Source: Alphaproteobacteria bacterium (GTDB lineage Bacteria; Pseudomonadota; Alphaproteobacteria; UBA11136). From it: 64,000 nt of DNA. The position numbers and the translations under genes were made by a program. The stretch lies in the NCBI GenBank assembly GCA_030739855.1, contig JASLYJ010000002.1, positions 17,793-81,792 of the forward strand. Reading direction: 5' to 3'. Shown here in pieces: positions 9,318 through 20,188 of this stretch (position 1 is the stretch's first letter; every line of letters begins with the position of its first letter). The notes below the pieces were generated by a model that saw nothing but the letters and a program-made list of their open reading frames with translations, did no database searches and had not been told where the DNA came from.

Positions 9318-11540
9318 TTAAAAGCAGTTTGCCTTGGGAAAACCGCGCGGTGGCAGGTGGCCGATGGCGGCGCGCTTGCCGACCCAAGTGCCAAGTTCCG
9401 TCTCTGTACGGGTGCCTCGCCCACTCTTCCAGGTAAACCCTTTGGTGAAGGTGAAAACACGCACGTCGGAAAGCCCACCCTCTTTGTATTTCTGAAGGAT
9501 GACTCCCCGTCCCCGCGCCATCACCGGTAATTCGCTCAAAGGAAAGATCAACAGCTTACGGTTGTCACCGATCACCGCCACGGTATCGGCACCTTCTGCC
9601 ATCGGCGCACATACCTTCGCTTCCACGTCGCCCGACACGTTTAAGACTTGCTTGCCGTTGCGAGTCTGAGCAATCACGTCCGATTCAGCCACCACAAAAC
9701 CACGTCCATCGGTGGCCGCCACTAGTAATTTTCTCTCTCGGTCATGTACCAAGATCGTCACGATATCTTGGTCGTTACCCAGTCCCATCATCAGGCGCAA
9801 AGGTTCACCATGGCCGCGCCCACCGGGCAGCTTGTCTACGCCAATAGTGTAAAAACGGCCGTTAGTAGCGAACACCACTAGCTTGTCGATGGTCTGGACG
9901 TGGAGAAGAAAGCGGGCATGGTCGCCTTCCTTATATTTAAGCTCTGCATCATCGCCAAGATGGCCCTTGGCCGCACGAATCCAGCCCTTAGCTGAACAGA
10001 CAACGGTTACTGGCTCCCTCTCAATCATAGCTTCCAGCGGCACCTCCACCACCTCTAGCGGCTCGCTGAAGGCAGTGCGGCGGCAACCAAGATCGCTGTC
10101 TGCACGGAAACCCTTACGCAGTTCCGTGATCTCTTTGCTAATGGCCTGCCAGCGAGCCTTTTCATCTTTGAGCAGTTTGTTAAGAGCTTTCTGTTCGGTT
10201 TCCAGGGCTTCGTGTTCGTCGCATATATTGACCTCGTCCAACTTACGCAGACGCCGCAGCCGCATGTCGAGGATGGCCTCGGCTTGGAGCTCTGTAAGTT
10301 TAAAGCGCTTTACAAGCACTGGCTTAGCATCGTCTTCGTTGCGAATGATTTTGATCACCGCGTCGAGATTGGCATAGACCACCAGATACCCATCAAGGAT
10401 TTCCAACCGCCGCGTGATTTTCTTCAGCTGGTACTTAGTTCGCCGGATCATTACTTCGTGGCGATGGTCGAGGAAGGCCTGTAAAACCTCGCGCAAGTTC
10501 ATGACCCTGGGCGTGCCTTCGGCGTCCAACACGTTCATGTTAAGCGGGATGCGCTGTTCCAGCTCGGTGTGGCGGAATAAAGCCTCCATGAGGTGGACGG
10601 GATCCACGTTACGGCTCTTTGGCTCAAGCACCAACCGCAGGTCTTCGGCTGATTCATCATGGATATCGGCCAACATAGGTAGTTTCTTGGCGCTCATGAG
10701 TTCAGCCATCTTTTCCACAAGACGCGCTTTAGCCACTTGATAGGGAATCTCAGTGATGACGATTCGGTACTGGCCCTGGGAGTGTTTTTCCACCTTCCAC
10801 TTCGCGCGCAGGCGGAAACCGCCGCGCCCACTGGCGTAGGCCTCCAGGATATTGATGTGAGGCTCTACAATCTCTCCGCCGGTAGGGAAATCGGGCCCCG
10901 GCATGAGGTCCACCAGCTTCTCCACCGTGGCTTTAGGAAACTTGATGAGGTGCAGTAAAGCGGCATAGATTTCCACTATGTTGTGGGGCGGGATGCTGGC
11001 AGCCATGCCCACTGCAATACCTACCGCGCCGTTGGCGAGAAGATTGGGGAATCCGGCGGGAAGCACCACCGGTTCATCCTCTTCACCATCATAGGTGTCG
11101 CGGAAGTCAACTGCGTTCTCGTCCAGCCCGTCCAAGAGTAGGGCCGCTATCCGGGTCAGACGCGCCTCGGTATAACGCATGGCGGCCGCGTTATCACCGT
11201 CTATATTGCCGAAATTACCGTGGCCTTCCACCAGCGGATAACGCTGAGAAAATTCCTGGGCCAAGCGCACCATGGCGTCATAGACAGCGATGTCGCCGTG
11301 TGGATGGTATTTGCCAATCACGTCGCCCACCACGCGGGCACATTTCTTGAAACCGTGGTCGGGATCAAGCCTAAGCTGACGCATAGCGTAGAGTAGGCGG
11401 CGATGCACTGGCTTCAGTCCATCGCGCACATCAGGCAGGGAGCGCGAAGTGATGGTGGAAAGAGCGTAGGAGAGATAACGCTCCCCCAGAACCTTATCTA
11501 GGGGAATTTCGCGAATCTCGGCGGCGGCAGTTTGCGTCAT
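9318..11540 (-). CDS. parC: DNA topoisomerase IV subunit A
   Basis: 740 aa. [19 protein letters not shown] and the catalytic-Tyr region [10 protein letters not shown]. No Q-R-R-G-G-K-G GyrA box is seen, favouring ParC over GyrA. Confidence 0.9.
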   Translation of the reverse strand: MTQTAAAEIREIPLDKVLGERYLSYALSTITSRSLPDVRDGLKPVHRRLLYAMRQLRLDPDHGFKKCARVVGDVIGKYHPHGDIAVYDAMVRLAQEFSQRYPLVEGHGNFGNIDGDNAAAMRYTEARLTRIAALLLDGLDENAVDFRDTYDGEEDEPVVLPAGFPNLLANGAVGIAVGMAASIPPHNIVEIYAALLHLIKFPKATVEKLVDLMPGPDFPTGGEIVEPHINILEAYASGRGGFRLRAKWKVEKHSQGQYRIVITEIPYQVAKARLVEKMAELMSAKKLPMLADIHDESAEDLRLVLEPKSRNVDPVHLMEALFRHTELEQRIPLNMNVLDAEGTPRVMNLREVLQAFLDHRHEVMIRRTKYQLKKITRRLEILDGYLVVYANLDAVIKIIRNEDDAKPVLVKRFKLTELQAEAILDMRLRRLRKLDEVNICDEHEALETEQKALNKLLKDEKARWQAISKEITELRKGFRADSDLGCRRTAFSEPLEVVEVPLEAMIEREPVTVVCSAKGWIRAAKGHLGDDAELKYKEGDHARFLLHVQTIDKLVVFATNGRFYTIGVDKLPGGRGHGEPLRLMMGLGNDQDIVTILVHDRERKLLVAATDGRGFVVAESDVIAQTRNGKQVLNVSGDVEAKVCAPMAEGADTVAVIGDNRKLLIFPLSELPVMARGRGVILQKYKEGGLSDVRVFTFTKGFTWKSGRGTRTETELGTWVGKRAAIGHLPPRGFPKANCF

Positions 11541-11546
11541 TTTTTC

Positions 11547-12305
11547 CTAAGTTTCCGATTTCCCGGACATACCAGATAATGTAGACATTCCCCGCATACG
11601 GTCAACAAATCGTGCGCGTGCTGGCGGCTCATCCCGGTGATGGGGGGCGAACACGTGGCGCCGCAGGAAGAATCCGGTGAGTGCTAGCCCCTGTTCCATA
11701 TCCTGGAGGGAAGGCACCACCGTCCCGGACCGGGTGAGAAATACCGGAAGGGTCAGCAATTTATCGCGGTAGGGCTTCCCCGCAGTGACAGAGACCGCGC
11801 GCCCAGTCTTGGGGGAAACAAAGGCCAAACCCTCAGTGGCCCCGGTGGTAGCACAAGCAGAGAGATCGAGCCCAAAACCGAGATCAGCAAGAAGATTCAT
11901 CTCCCACTGCACATAAGCCGCTGCCCAGCCCTCCCCTTCGAGTCCGGAAAGAAGGGTCAAGAAATCTTCGTAGATGTCCTCATGGGGCTCACGTTCGGGC
12001 AGTGCCGTCTCCATAAGCGCGCAGGCTGAGGACAACCCCGCTAAGCGTGCCGGCTCATCTAGCAACCAGGCAGCGTGATTGGTCACAAGTTCACAGGTGA
12101 AGCTACCCAAATGTTCCTCAAGGCGCGCGCGCCAAGTAGCGGTGACCTGGTTCCCATTCTGATAGACTCCGCGCAAGCGCCGTCCCATGCCGCCGCGCAC
12201 CAGCCCTGCATGGCGGCCGTAGCCGCGGGTGAGCAGGGTAATGATAGCCGCTGATTCGCCGTGACGGTGGCTTGACAACACAATGCCTTCGTCCCGCCAT
12301 TCCAT
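11547..12305 (-). CDS. recO: DNA repair protein RecO
   Basis: 252 aa. N-terminal M-E-W-R-D-E-G-I-V-L OB-fold start typical of RecO. Sits directly downstream of era as in many bacteria. Confidence 0.8.
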   Translation of the reverse strand: MEWRDEGIVLSSHRHGESAAIITLLTRGYGRHAGLVRGGMGRRLRGVYQNGNQVTATWRARLEEHLGSFTCELVTNHAAWLLDEPARLAGLSSACALMETALPEREPHEDIYEDFLTLLSGLEGEGWAAAYVQWEMNLLADLGFGLDLSACATTGATEGLAFVSPKTGRAVSVTAGKPYRDKLLTLPVFLTRSGTVVPSLQDMEQGLALTGFFLRRHVFAPHHRDEPPARARFVDRMRGMSTLSGMSGKSET

Positions 12306-12354
12306 CTAGCTGCACCCTTCCATCTGGAAACATCCCCTGCCGCTGCAACCCTTT

Positions 12355-13278
12355 TCAAGCATCGAAATCAAGTCCCCGCTCGCGATAATGGGCACGGTTT
12401 TCATGCCAATGCTCCCGCACCTTCACATGCAAGAAAAGGTGCAGCTTACACCCGAACATTTTTTCCAGGTCGGCCCGGGCAGTGGAACCGATGGTCTTAA
12501 TGCGGCTACCCCCCTTGCCAAGCACGATGGCCTTTTGGCTGTCACGGCACACATAGATGGTCTGTTCTACCCGCACCTCGCTGTTGTCCTGCTCGATCCA
12601 GCTTTCGGTTTCCACATCGATGGCATAGGGAAGCTCCTGATGAAGCTGGAGAAAGGCCTTTTCACGGGTCACTTCGGCGGCCATAAGCCGTTGTGGCATG
12701 TCGGTAAGCTGATCTTCGGGGAAGAGCCACGGACCAGTGGGTAGCCGCGCGCGGACTGCCGCCAGAAGAGCGTCCATGCCGTCACCGTTCAAGGCAGAGA
12801 TCATGAAGGTTTCCTCGAAGATTCCTTCCCTATTGAAGGTTTTGGCAAGCTCCAGCAGCGTTTCCCGCTTCACCAGATCGATCTTGTTTAGGGCGAGAAG
12901 GACGTTCCTCCCGGCCAAACCAGCTACGATACACTCGGTGTTGACATCGAAACCGCGCTTAACATCAGCCAGAAGCACCACTACGTCAGCGTCCGCCGCA
13001 CCGTCCCAGGCCGCTGCTACCATAGCCCGGTCGAGCCTCTTCTTCGGCTGGAAGATACCCGGCGTGTCTACGTAGATTATCTGGTCTCCACCGTTTATAG
13101 CGATGCCAAGCACGCGGTTGCGGGTGGTCTGAACTTTGGGTGTGACGATGGAGACCTTAGCTCCTACCAGTCGGTTGAGAAGAGTGGACTTACCGACGTT
13201 GTGGGTGCCCAGAAGGGCCACATAACCGCAACGAGTTTTGGAACTTGGGTCAGTGGTGGCGGCACTTTCTTTATCCAT
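12355..13278 (-). CDS. era: GTPase Era
   Basis: G1 G-T-H-N-V-G-K-S-T-L-L-N, G3 D-T-P-G, G4 N-K-I-D, and a C-terminal KH domain. Start trimmed to the ATG at 13278, which overlaps the rnc stop by 8 nt (ATGGATAA). The ORF-track extension to 13383 runs into rnc. Confidence 0.9.
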   Translation of the reverse strand: MDKESAATTDPSSKTRCGYVALLGTHNVGKSTLLNRLVGAKVSIVTPKVQTTRNRVLGIAINGGDQIIYVDTPGIFQPKKRLDRAMVAAAWDGAADADVVVLLADVKRGFDVNTECIVAGLAGRNVLLALNKIDLVKRETLLELAKTFNREGIFEETFMISALNGDGMDALLAAVRARLPTGPWLFPEDQLTDMPQRLMAAEVTREKAFLQLHQELPYAIDVETESWIEQDNSEVRVEQTIYVCRDSQKAIVLGKGGSRIKTIGSTARADLEKMFGCKLHLFLHVKVREHWHENRAHYRERGLDFDA

Positions 13279-13984
13279 CGTCCGTATCACCCTCAGTCGC
13301 CGCGCTGATCCATTCCAACAGGGCCCCGGCCGCCGCTTGTTCAGCGCTACGTTTCGAAGGTCCCTCACCCACCGCCGGGGCAAGGCCTACCACGTCTACT
13401 TCCATGGTGAAAAGTGGTTCATGGTCCGGCCCCTCGCGGCCGATTACGCGATAGGCAGGCAGGCTCTTTCCTGCGCCAAGGGCCCATTCCTGAAGGAGAT
13501 TTTTATTGTCTTTTGGAGGAGCCGTGACCGTAAGCATGGGTTCGGTCCAGTGTTTCGTGATGAAGTTTTCCGCTACCTCGAGTCCACCGTCGAGAAAAAG
13601 CGCTGCGATAACAGCCTCCATGGCATCTTCTAGGGTGGCAGGATTGTCGCGGCCACCGTTCTTTTCTTCGCCTCGTGAGAGCTTCAGGAATCGACCCAGC
13701 CCGATCTCGCGAGCGATCTTAGTAAGAGTTTCATTGCGTACCAGCGCCACATGGCGGAAAGAAAGATCTCCTTCCCGGGCCTCTGGGAAGCGGGACATGA
13801 GAAGCTCCGCCACCACCAACGACAACACCCGATCACCGAGAAACTCCAGCCGCTCGTAATCGCCAATGCTAGCATTACCACCGCTGAAGCTAGCATGAGT
13901 CACCGCCTCACCCAGCAAGGCAGGATCGGCAAAATGGTGTCCGACGATGTCTTCAAGTTCCGTAAGAATAGGCTCAACCGCCAT
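13271..13984 (-). CDS. rnc: Ribonuclease III
   Basis: RNase III signature E-R-L-E-F-L-G-D-R-V-L and a C-terminal dsRNA-binding domain. Start trimmed to the ATG at 13984, just downstream of the lepB stop. Confidence 0.9.
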   Translation of the reverse strand: MAVEPILTELEDIVGHHFADPALLGEAVTHASFSGGNASIGDYERLEFLGDRVLSLVVAELLMSRFPEAREGDLSFRHVALVRNETLTKIAREIGLGRFLKLSRGEEKNGGRDNPATLEDAMEAVIAALFLDGGLEVAENFITKHWTEPMLTVTAPPKDNKNLLQEWALGAGKSLPAYRVIGREGPDHEPLFTMEVDVVGLAPAVGEGPSKRSAEQAAAGALLEWISAATEGDTDDG

Positions 13985-14001
13985 AGGCGATGCTCCCCAG
14001 C

Positions 14002-14745
14002 CTAGGTAATTTCCTGGAACAGCCTGCCATAGCGAATGGCAAGAGGCCATTTCCAAAACTGCCAGACTTTTACACTTCCGTCCTGGGAAAAAAACAACCT
14101 TTCGGCGCGACCCACCAGATTGGACTCGGGAACGAACCCAACTCCGGCGAGGACGCGGCTGTCCATAGAATTATCCCTATTATCTCCCATGGTGAAATAA
14201 TGTCCTTCGGGCACCAGAAACTCGTCCGTGTTGTCTAAGGTCATCTCATCGGAAATCTCGACGATCCTGTGGCTGCGCCCATTAGGTAGGGTCTCCAGAT
14301 AAAGCGGTATGCTCATGAACCCCCTGCGTTTGTCGCGGATCACGTAATCACCAATACGTGTGCGCTCTACTGCGTAGCCGTTGATGTAGAGAATCCCCCC
14401 CCGAACTTGGATGCGGTCTCCGGGTAGGCCGATGATGCGCTTGATATAGTCGGTTTTGTTATCCCGCGGTAGTTTGAACACAACCACGTCGCCACGCTCG
14501 GGTGGAGTAAAGAATATCCGTCCCGGGATTAACGGCAATCTGAAGGGAAGGGAATAGCGGCTGTAACCGTAGGAGAATTTGGAGGTGAACAGGTAATCCC
14601 CCACTAGCAGGGTGGGTACCATGGAACTGGAAGGAATGTTGAAGGGTTCGTAGGCAAAAGTCCGGAAGACGATGGAAAGGAGAATGGCATAAAAGACGAT
14701 CCGAACCGTTTCCCAAAACTCCACCTTTTTTTCATTCTGCATCAA
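14002..14745 (-). CDS. lepB: Signal peptidase I
   Basis: 247 aa. Catalytic Ser box S-S-S-M-V-P-T-L, Lys box Y-I-K-R-I-I-G-L-P-G-D, and G-D-N-R-D-N-S-M-D-S-R. Confidence 0.9.
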   Translation of the reverse strand: MMQNEKKVEFWETVRIVFYAILLSIVFRTFAYEPFNIPSSSMVPTLLVGDYLFTSKFSYGYSRYSLPFRLPLIPGRIFFTPPERGDVVVFKLPRDNKTDYIKRIIGLPGDRIQVRGGILYINGYAVERTRIGDYVIRDKRRGFMSIPLYLETLPNGRSHRIVEISDEMTLDNTDEFLVPEGHYFTMGDNRDNSMDSRVLAGVGFVPESNLVGRAERLFFSQDGSVKVWQFWKWPLAIRYGRLFQEIT

Positions 14746-14849
14746 GAAGTTAACTTAATTATATGTTTTATAAGAATTTTGTCTTAATTCGCGGATTAAT
14801 AAGTCGTGGCGATGTAGCCACTTCATTACGGACTCTGTCAAGTCGTCTT

Positions 14850-15290
14850 CTACAGTGGTCCTGAGGACGCGTGTTCTTTATTCCGTGATGTATCCTCGGG
14901 CACAGCGGAAATAATGACAATAGCCTCAGCAAGGAGGGATTCATCGGTAATTGTGAGCTCGATCAACGCCTTCATGCCTGGCGGCGTCATACGGCCGAGT
15001 TGCTCCGCCGCCCCTCCGGTCAGCACCATACTAGGCTTCCCCGAGGTGAGGTTGACCACGCTAAGATCGCGCCAGTACACCCCTTGCTGGAACCCCGTGC
15101 CTAGCGCCTTGGCACAAGCCTCCTTGGCAGCGAAGCGTTTAGCATAGCTGGCGGCGCGGTTTTTGCGCTTTTCCGATTTCTCACGCTCCACCTTGGTAAA
15201 AACCCGCTCCACGAAGCGCATACCGAAACGCTCTAGTGTGCGTTCGATACGCCGGACATCAATCAGATCACTGCCTAGGCCCAGTATCAT
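14850..15290 (-). CDS. acpS: Holo-[acyl-carrier-protein] synthase
   Basis: Starts [16 protein letters not shown] (classic AcpS N-terminus) at the ATG at 15290, 10 nt after the pdxJ stop. The ORF-track start at 15359 overlaps pdxJ. Confidence 0.85.
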   Translation of the reverse strand: MILGLGSDLIDVRRIERTLERFGMRFVERVFTKVEREKSEKRKNRAASYAKRFAAKEACAKALGTGFQQGVYWRDLSVVNLTSGKPSMVLTGGAAEQLGRMTPPGMKALIELTITDESLLAEAIVIISAVPEDTSRNKEHASSGPL

Positions 15291-15300
15291 GACGCTACCT

Positions 15301-16056
15301 TCATGGTGCAGCTCCAACACGGGCCGCGTCCATACATTGTCGCATTTTGCCGATGGCATTCTCTAAACCAAGGAACACAGCCTCACCCACCAAGAAATGG
15401 CCGATATTAAGTTCCACTACATTGGGGATGGCAGCCACCGGAGCCACCGTATCAAAAGAAAGACCGTGCCCAGCATGGCATTCCAGTTCTAGCTCGCCGG
15501 CTATGGCCGCGGCATCTTCAATACGCCTCAATTCGTCATCCCTCCGGTCTTCGGCAGCATCGCAATAGGTTCCCGTGTGCAACTCCACCACCGGAGCACC
15601 CATTTGATGAACCGCACGCAGCTGATTGGGATCAGGATCAATAAACAGGGAAACTCGGATACCCGCCTCAACGAGAGTGGCAATACGTGGAGTCAGATGG
15701 GCTATCTGCCCGGCCGCGTTGAGACCACCTTCGGTAGTCAGTTCCTCGCGCCTTTCCGGCACCAGACAACAAGCATGGGGCAGGCAGGAAAGGGCTACTT
15801 TAACCATTTCATCGGTGGCCGCCATTTCAAGATTAAGGGGCAGAGAAATCTCCTCCTTGAGATGGCCAATATCAAGGTCGCGGATATGACGGCGGTCCTC
15901 ACGTAGATGGGCGGTAATACCATCCGCTCCTGCCACAGCCGCCACACGCGCCGCTTGCAGGGGGGAAGGATGACCTCCGCCCCTCGCATTACGCAGGGTG
16001 GCCACATGGTCGATATTGACGCCAAGACGCAGCTTCTGTTTTGGCGCGGTTGTCAT
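15301..16056 (-). CDS. pdxJ: Pyridoxine 5'-phosphate synthase
   Basis: [16 protein letters not shown] motif. The ATG at 16056 forms an ATGA overlap with the stop of the upstream DUF2062 gene. The ORF-track start is 16074. Confidence 0.9.
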   Translation of the reverse strand: MTTAPKQKLRLGVNIDHVATLRNARGGGHPSPLQAARVAAVAGADGITAHLREDRRHIRDLDIGHLKEEISLPLNLEMAATDEMVKVALSCLPHACCLVPERREELTTEGGLNAAGQIAHLTPRIATLVEAGIRVSLFIDPDPNQLRAVHQMGAPVVELHTGTYCDAAEDRRDDELRRIEDAAAIAGELELECHAGHGLSFDTVAPVAAIPNVVELNIGHFLVGEAVFLGLENAIGKMRQCMDAARVGAAP

Positions 16057-16595
16057 GACTGCAGGTCTCGGCATTTTTTCTCGATTTCATGACGGCGACG
16101 GGCCTGATACCCCGCCACTGCGCGACGTAATGGGAAAAAGAATATTACCCAAACTACCAGGGCCACGGGAATACCCGCGGTCATCATGGGCAGGAACACT
16201 TCCCAGAAATTATCGAAAATATTAGCCATAGAGAGTGTGGGCAAGGACTCAGTCACCGCTTGCCTGCCCAGAACCCATACACCGAGATTATGGGTACCGG
16301 CCCAGATAAAGGGAAACGTCCAAGGGTTCCCCACCGCGGTGCCTATAGCCGAGGCCAGGATATTGGCGTGGATGATCCTGGCTATCAGCGCGGCCAGCAC
16401 AAAATGGAACCCCATGAAGGGGGTAAACGACACCGCCGCACCGCAGGCGAACCCCGCGGCGATGCTGTAAGGCGTGTCTGGCATCCTCTTGACCCGGCTG
16501 GCCATATAGATACTGACCCGGCGCCAACCTGCTCGGGGCCAGAAAAATTCCCGTAAATGGTGGCCTATATGACGTTTTTGCCGTCGCTGAAACAT
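16053..16595 (-). CDS. DUF2062-like membrane protein
   Basis: 180 aa. N-terminal F-W-P-R-A-G-W-R-R...Y...[26 protein letters not shown] pattern recalled for DUF2062, followed by several TM helices. Confidence 0.5.
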   Translation of the reverse strand: MFQRRQKRHIGHHLREFFWPRAGWRRVSIYMASRVKRMPDTPYSIAAGFACGAAVSFTPFMGFHFVLAALIARIIHANILASAIGTAVGNPWTFPFIWAGTHNLGVWVLGRQAVTESLPTLSMANIFDNFWEVFLPMMTAGIPVALVVWVIFFFPLRRAVAGYQARRRHEIEKKCRDLQS

Positions 16596-16679
16596 GCTGC
16601 CGACTTTCAGGCAAGGCTCAGGGACAAGCTTACCCCAAGCGGATCGTAAGGCACAGAAAAGATGTCCACAACGCCCATG

Positions 16680-18836
16680 TCATCCCCTAGCACGCTCCAC
16701 GGAATTGATGGCCGTGGTCGCCCGTAGGGCAGCGACAATATTGGCGAGATGCTTCACATCTTTAACCTCGAGATCCACGATCATCTCGAAAAAATCTGAG
16801 GAACGGTTGGTAATCTTCAAATTGGTGATGTTACTCATATTCTTACCGATGGTAGTAGAAAGATTTCCCAAGCTGCCAGCCTCGTTCGCCAAAACCACGT
16901 GAATCCTGCCCACGTGGGATTTTTCTGCAGCACGCCCCTCATCCCAGGTTACATCGAGCCAACGCTCGCTTTCTTCGTCCAGCTTCTCAAGGGTCTCACA
17001 ATCAATAGTGTGAATGGCTACGCCCTTGCCCGAAGTGACGATACCGACGATACGGTCTCCTGGAATGGGGTAGCAACAGCCACCAAAATGCACCGCCATG
17101 CCAGGAGTCAGCCCCTTTATAGGGACAGCAAACCCCTTCTTTTTTCTCCGCATTCGGCGGCCGATAGCCTTGGTCAGTGCAATCACCTTACCTTCATCAT
17201 CAGCAAGAATCTGATGATCAGGATAAAGGTTGCGAATAACTTCCTTGGCGGTGTGATCGCCATGGCCAACAGCGATATAGAGGTCCTCCACGGTCCCATA
17301 GTTGAAATGATTCAACACCTTTCCCAGAGCCCGTTTGGTGCAGGGAAGATCTTCCTTGTCGAAGGCCTTCTTCAGGATGTTGCGGCCGAGGTCCAAGAAC
17401 TCCTGGCGCTCCCTGGAATGAATGAAGCGGCGGATACAGGACTGAGCCTTTCCAGTAATGACAATATTTTCCCAGTCTGCAGATAGATTGGGTTTTTTTG
17501 AACGCACGATTTCCACCTGATCGCCGTTAGCCAGTTCCGTCTTTAAGGGCATCATCACGCCGTTGATCCTGGCGCCAGCGCAGGTATTCCCTACCTCAGT
17601 ATGTACCATATAAGCGAAGTCCAGCGACGTGGCGCCGCGCGGCAAAGCGATGAGCTCTCCCTTGGGGGTAAAACAGAAAACTTGGTTGTGGAACATCTCC
17701 AGCTTGGTGTGTTCCAGAAATTCCTCGGGTCCCGAAGCGTTTTCAAGAATGTCAAGGAGTTCTCGCAGCCAGCGATATTGCCGGCCTTCCCGGCCCGGGA
17801 TGTTCTGTTTGTAGCTCCAGTGAGCCGCTACGCCAAACTCCGCAACCTCGTTCATTTCCTTGGTACGTATCTGGACTTCGATACGTTGTTTTTTAGGACC
17901 TATCATGGTGGTGTGCAAAGAGCGGTAATCGTTGGGTTTGGGGGTACTGATATAATCCTTGAAGGTCCCTGGCACCACAGGATAAGAGCCGTGGAGGATG
18001 CCCAAGGCCTGATAGCACTGATCAACTGAGGTCATCACCACGCGGAAGGCGATGATGTCGGAAAGTTGCTCCATCTCCACCGCCTTACTCCGCATCTTTA
18101 GCCAGATAGAATGGGGCGTCTTCTCCCTGCCGGTAATCCTTGTTTCAAGGCCCGCGGCCTTCAGGGTCTTACCCAGTTCACGGATGATCTTCTTGACCAG
18201 TCCGGCACCTTCGACACGCAGGAAGCTTAGCCGTGACAGAATGGATTCGCGAGCATCTGGGTTGATCTCCTTGAAGGCCAAGTCATAAAGCTCATCGCGG
18301 ATTTCGTGCATACCCATGCGCTCTGCTAACGGCGCGAAGATATCCATGGTTTCGTTGGCAATGTGCAGGCGTTTTTCCAGGTTTTTGATATGGCTCAGAG
18401 TGCGCATGTTGTGGAGACGGTCAGCCAGCTTTACCAAAAGAACGCGGATATCATCGGACATAGCGAGAACCAGCTTGCGGAAATTTTCAGCCTGCTGGGT
18501 ATGGTCAGACTGCAGTTTGATCTGGGTAAGCTTGGTGACGCCGTCCACGAGGCGGGCGATTTCGTTGCCAAAAATTTTTTTGATATCGTCTTGGGAATAA
18601 GTCGTATCCTCCACCACGTCGTGGAGAAGCGCGGTAACGATGGAGGCACCGTCCATCTTCATATCGGCAAGAATGCCGGCCACCTCGATAGGATGGGAAA
18701 AGTAGGGGTCTCCGGAGGCGCGTAGTTGGGTGCCATGAGCCTTCATGGCGAAAACGTAAGCGCGGTTTATGGCATCCTCATCCACACTTGGATCATAGGT
18801 CCTGACGCGTTCAACCAGTTCAAACTGACGGAGCAT
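16680..18836 (-). CDS. spoT: Bifunctional (p)ppGpp synthetase/hydrolase (Rsh, RelA/SpoT homologue)
   Basis: 718 aa. HD hydrolase motif H-D-V-V-E-D-T, synthetase block F-K-D-Y-I-S-T-P-K-P-N-D-Y-R-S-L-H-T-T, and TGS and ACT-like C-terminal regions. Adjacent to rpoZ. Confidence 0.9.
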   Translation of the reverse strand: MLRQFELVERVRTYDPSVDEDAINRAYVFAMKAHGTQLRASGDPYFSHPIEVAGILADMKMDGASIVTALLHDVVEDTTYSQDDIKKIFGNEIARLVDGVTKLTQIKLQSDHTQQAENFRKLVLAMSDDIRVLLVKLADRLHNMRTLSHIKNLEKRLHIANETMDIFAPLAERMGMHEIRDELYDLAFKEINPDARESILSRLSFLRVEGAGLVKKIIRELGKTLKAAGLETRITGREKTPHSIWLKMRSKAVEMEQLSDIIAFRVVMTSVDQCYQALGILHGSYPVVPGTFKDYISTPKPNDYRSLHTTMIGPKKQRIEVQIRTKEMNEVAEFGVAAHWSYKQNIPGREGRQYRWLRELLDILENASGPEEFLEHTKLEMFHNQVFCFTPKGELIALPRGATSLDFAYMVHTEVGNTCAGARINGVMMPLKTELANGDQVEIVRSKKPNLSADWENIVITGKAQSCIRRFIHSRERQEFLDLGRNILKKAFDKEDLPCTKRALGKVLNHFNYGTVEDLYIAVGHGDHTAKEVIRNLYPDHQILADDEGKVIALTKAIGRRMRRKKKGFAVPIKGLTPGMAVHFGGCCYPIPGDRIVGIVTSGKGVAIHTIDCETLEKLDEESERWLDVTWDEGRAAEKSHVGRIHVVLANEAGSLGNLSTTIGKNMSNITNLKITNRSSDFFEMIVDLEVKDVKHLANIVAALRATTAINSVERARG

Positions 18837-18930
18837 TCCGCCTTACCTCCATCTACCCGCAATGACTCCCGACGCAAACAAGCCATGATTCAGGGGGTAG
18901 GAAGAGGCCGAGAGAGATCCAGCCCAGCGT

Positions 18931-19386
18931 TCAAGCCTTGTCTTTTGTTTCCTTCAGCGCATCGCCGTCTTCCGCAGCTTCTTCGTCCCCTTCATGAACG
19001 GAGAGCACGTCTTCGGTAACTTCAGTGTCTTCCTGGGTTGCATTGGTTATGGCTTTCTCTGAAGTATCTCCAGAGGAAACTTCCAGAGATTCTTCGGAAG
19101 TTTCGTCCGGGATTTTTGGGAGGCCGAGCTCTGCAGCCTCTTCTTCAGGTTCTTCAGACTCGACAAATTTCTGAAGGGTCTGGACGATGGCCTCCTCCAA
19201 CTCCTCCAGGGGAACCGTCTCCTCAGCAATTTCACGCAAGGCCACTACCGGATTCTTGTCCCTGTCGCGTTCCAAGGTCAGTTCGGCACCTGCGGAAATA
19301 TCACGCGAGCGGCGCGCCGCCAACATGACCAGATTAAACCGGCTAGGAATCTTGATAACACAGTCTTCAATCGTTACGCGGGCCAC
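18931..19386 (-). CDS. rpoZ: DNA-directed RNA polymerase subunit omega, with a long acidic C-terminal tail
   Basis: N-terminus [10 protein letters not shown]...[13 protein letters not shown] is canonical RpoZ. The C-terminal half is Glu/Asp-rich. Confidence 0.9.
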   Translation of the reverse strand: MARVTIEDCVIKIPSRFNLVMLAARRSRDISAGAELTLERDRDKNPVVALREIAEETVPLEELEEAIVQTLQKFVESEEPEEEAAELGLPKIPDETSEESLEVSSGDTSEKAITNATQEDTEVTEDVLSVHEGDEEAAEDGDALKETKDKA

Positions 19387-19491
19387 AGATGTCTCCGTTA
19401 GGGTTCATGTGTTGTTTTTACGGTGTTTATCCGAGAATATATGTACCAGCACCAGACTAGGCAAGGCCATTGGCAGCCTTGCCCGCCTTTA

Positions 19492-19983
19492 TTATAGTGG
19501 GCGGATCTTCTGGTTTGCGGGCAGGCCTGACACCAACTCTCCGATTCCCGTCTCCAGCACGGGATGAACCCATTCAGGGGCCAGTTCCCGCATGGGCAGC
19601 AAAACAAAGGCGCGTTCGTGGAGACGGGGGTGCGGCAAGACTGGTCCTTCCACCCCCTCGATCACAAGATCGTCATAGGCAATAAGGTCAAGATCAAGGA
19701 TTCTCGCCTCGTTGCGCACTCTCCTCACGCGTCCGAAGGTGTGTTCGATATCATGGAGAAGGTCAAGAAGTGACTGCGGGGAGTGGGTAGTGGAAACCGT
19801 CACTACCCCGTTAACAAACCAAGGCTGGTTCGAAACTGGTACCGGCGCACTTTCGTACCAGCGCGCTCGTTCAAGGATATGCACATTCTTTTCCTCAAGG
19901 ATCTCCACCGCCGCCTCGCAATTGGCTTGAGGCGGGCCATATATGTTGCTGGGTAGGTTTGAGCCGATGCCGACAAAGATCAA
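19492..19983 (-). CDS. folK: 2-amino-4-hydroxy-6-hydroxymethyldihydropteridine diphosphokinase
   Basis: 163 aa. I-L-D-L-D-L-I and P-H-P-R-L-H-E-R-A-F-V-L-L-P-M motifs of HPPK. Confidence 0.85.
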   Translation of the reverse strand: MIFVGIGSNLPSNIYGPPQANCEAAVEILEEKNVHILERARWYESAPVPVSNQPWFVNGVVTVSTTHSPQSLLDLLHDIEHTFGRVRRVRNEARILDLDLIAYDDLVIEGVEGPVLPHPRLHERAFVLLPMRELAPEWVHPVLETGIGELVSGLPANQKIRPL

Positions 19984-20188
19984 AGTTGTGTGTCCTGATG
20001 ACGTATTTGAGTGATTTTAGAATTAAGTCCTTGTGGTGCAACATCTCGGCACCCATCTGCCCCTCATTAAGTATAAGAAGGAATGGCCGGAATTTATAGA
20101 ATCGCCAACGGCCCTGCAAAACCACTGATTTTTCAAATGTGAACTTTGATCTTCTGTTTTTGGTGAGTAGTATTTTTTATTAAGGATA

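Noticed and set aside
13279-13383. N-terminal extensions of ORF-track models that overlap upstream genes. Affected models: era, rnc, acpS, pdxJ, pepA, holC, udg, CoA-transferase, pyrB, rnd, surA, pdxA and the EipB-like gene
   Set aside because: In each case a downstream start restores the conserved family N-terminus and places the start adjacent to or overlapping the upstream stop. The extensions are non-conserved and overlap real coding sequence.
14784-14799. TTAA...TTAA element upstream of lepB, considered as a CtrA box
   Set aside because: The spacing is 8 nt, not the 7 nt of the TTAA-N7-TTAA consensus. It reads better as a short TTAAT-N6-ATTAA dyad in a generally A/T-rich promoter region, and there is no further support.
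19460-19483. 8-bp GC-rich hairpin GGCAAGGC-N8-GCCTTGCC between folK and rpoZ, considered as an intrinsic terminator
   Set aside because: On the transcribed (minus) strand it is not followed by a U-tract. On the plus strand there is no upstream gene to terminate. It may be an RNA-stability element, but the function is not supportable from sequence alone.
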